Below, in pieces: positions 26,900 through 27,066 of a stretch of DNA of 27,066 bases. How positions within the stretch are numbered: position 1 is the first letter of the stretch; every line of letters starts with the position of its first letter. The notes beneath the pieces were generated by a model that worked only from the letters and a program-made list of their open reading frames with translations, did not search any database and was not told the origin of the DNA. This stretch comes from an uncultured Bacteroidales bacterium (GTDB lineage: Bacteria; Bacteroidota; Bacteroidia; Bacteroidales; UBA932), in NCBI GenBank assembly GCA_946187365.1, contig CAMHRD010000001.1, positions 1 through 27,066 on the forward strand, given 5' to 3'. A program made the translations under genes and the position numbers.

Positions 26900-26903
26900 C
26901 ATT

Positions 26904-27066
26904 ATGGGAGAGAGAAATCTTAATACACCGTTAATGAAGCAGTACGTGCAGTTCAAAGCACAGTACCCGGAGGCGCTCCTGCTTATGAGAGTGGGAGATT
27001 TTTATGAGGCCTACGGAGAGGATGCCCTTACGGTGAGCAAGGTTTTGGGAATAGTTCTTACAAAAC
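26904..27066 (+). CDS. mutS: DNA mismatch repair protein MutS, N-terminal fragment (runs off the window)
   Basis: Own translation: [54 protein letters not shown]. This is the MutS domain I start (TP.M.QY...GDFYE). Not in the supplied track. Confidence 0.92.
   Translation, partial: MGERNLNTPLMKQYVQFKAQYPEALLLMRVGDFYEAYGEDALTVSKVLGIVLTK

Noticed and set aside
1-27066. GC-skew switch at the origin candidate
   Set aside because: By eye, G/C skew follows the coding strand of each gene, so a replication-related switch cannot be established without genome-wide or third-codon-position computation.
1-27066. CRISPR arrays, IS/integrase/phage genes, defence systems, tRNA/rRNA
   Set aside because: No repeat-spacer arrays, transposase or integrase motifs, or structured RNA genes were found. 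Intergenic space other than 5893-6171 is too short to hold them.

Overview
Core-genome window of a Bacteroidales-type chromosome (Bacteroidota TAnnTTTG promoter motifs, typical gene families, no clear Shine-Dalgarno motifs). There are no mobile elements, CRISPR arrays, rRNA or tRNA. Gene order: two DUF4251-like proteins and a GH20 hexosaminidase (+); a C45-like Ntn hydrolase and ruvB (-); a 279-bp divergent intergenic region; mfd (+); coaX, FadL/BamG-like outer-membrane barrel, TPR protein, lptC and a CNNM/hemolysin protein (+); ppiD-like and ychF (-); EEP nuclease, thyA, folA and an NSS transporter (+); YfhO-like GT-C, GT4 and an AmpC-like serine hydrolase (-); the 5' end of mutS (+, missing from the ORF track). 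The most notable element is the ruvB-mfd intergenic region (5893-6171). It has the architecture of a bacterial chromosomal replication origin: an AT-rich unwinding element, DnaA-trio repeats, a tandem DnaA-box pair and two oppositely oriented, roughly helically spaced DnaA-box arrays. No dnaA, dnaN or gidA gene is present in the window. Caveat: the supplied ORF track labels five long ORFs as + (14855-16963, 17040-18143, 21726-24245, 24262-25599, 25603-26850), but the sequence shows all five are on the minus strand. They are reported here as minus.
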